Positions 15,001-15,368 of a stretch of 15,368 nt of DNA are shown piece after piece. The notes below the pieces were generated by a model. The model was not told the origin of the DNA, did no database searches, and saw only the letters and a program-made list of their open reading frames with translations. Source of the stretch: Chthonomonas calidirosea (lineage in GTDB: Bacteria > Armatimonadota > Fimbriimonadia > Fimbriimonadales > Fimbriimonadaceae); contig CAMAPH010000051.1 of NCBI GenBank assembly GCA_945859975.1, positions 1 through 15,368 of the forward strand, given 5' to 3'. The stretch's first letter is position 1; each line of letters opens with the position of its first letter. Both the position numbers and the translations under genes were made by a program.

Positions 15001-15368
15001 CTACTCCGTGATCAGCCACGCGGGGTCTTCTTGCAGCTTACGCACCAAACGGTCGTGGGCGATGCGGGTTTGGAGGAGGCAGCCCCACTCTAGTTCGATC
15101 AGGGCTCGTTCTTGCAGCCAAAGATCGCGGAGTTTGTCTCGGTGGCGGGCAATCAGGTCCGGGTTCCGCAGTTTGAATGGACTCTCCTTGGTTTTCCCAT
15201 CGGCCGTAACGACCTTGATCGATACATCGGATGCCTGTAATGCATAAGGAACGCGGGCGTTTTCTTCGGCGGCTTCGATGACGGTGGAATACATAAAGTC
15301 CATGCCGAAGATGAATTCTAGGCTGGAGAAGTTGGTGATCTCGGGCATGGGTGAGCCCATGCCGGATG
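15001..15368 (-). CDS. Hypothetical protein, probably 5'-truncated by the window edge
   Basis: The frame containing ATG 15360 stays open to 15368, so the real start may lie outside the window. No family recognised. Confidence 0.55.
   Translation of the reverse strand, partial: SGMGSPMPEITNFSSLEFIFGMDFMYSTVIEAAEENARVPYALQASDVSIKVVTADGKTKESPFKLRNPDLIARHRDKLRDLWLQERALIELEWGCLLQTRIAHDRLVRKLQEDPAWLITE

Noticed and set aside
14597..15019. 140-aa minus-strand ORF overlapping the end of the right-edge gene
   Set aside because: Two-thirds of it is antisense to the nuclease gene and it has no motifs.
9408..15368. Integrative element or prophage at tRNA-Ala
   Set aside because: No integrase, transposase or phage gene, and no exact repeat of the tRNA 3' end, was seen in the window.

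Overview
A GC-rich bacterial chromosomal window. The prepilin N-terminus [32 protein letters not shown] suggests Armatimonadota (Fimbriimonas-like), which is an inference. Left to right: a 3'-truncated prepilin-type N-methylation/DUF1559-like gene (minus, <1..877, absent from the ORF track); nuoA-nuoC (minus, no nuoB/nuoD); gcvT-pyrF; a coupled nuoE-araD-HD (Mesh1/SAH-like) run; a secreted YHYH protein (minus); a candidate 42-aa ORF; a GT2 glycosyltransferase and SAM methyltransferase; tRNA-Ala(CGC); a planctomycete-type cytochrome c/DUF1549/DUF1553 plus DUF1501 pair; a PD-(D/E)XK nuclease; and a partial hypothetical gene at the right edge. The best leads are non-coding: (1) a candidate ~80-nt sRNA with an ECF-sigma-type promoter (GAAAC-N16-CGTC), anti-Shine-Dalgarno CCUCC seeds and a 9-bp terminator hairpin (7685-7795); (2) a degenerate tRNA-Ala(GGC)-like 76-mer 19 nt after tRNA-Ala(CGC); (3) a ~180-nt multi-hairpin element upstream of the nuclease; (4) a recurrent TAnnnT box 6-9 nt before start codons, suggesting leaderless translation. 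All calls come from reading the sequence by eye. No searches or folding programs were run, so novelty is unproven.
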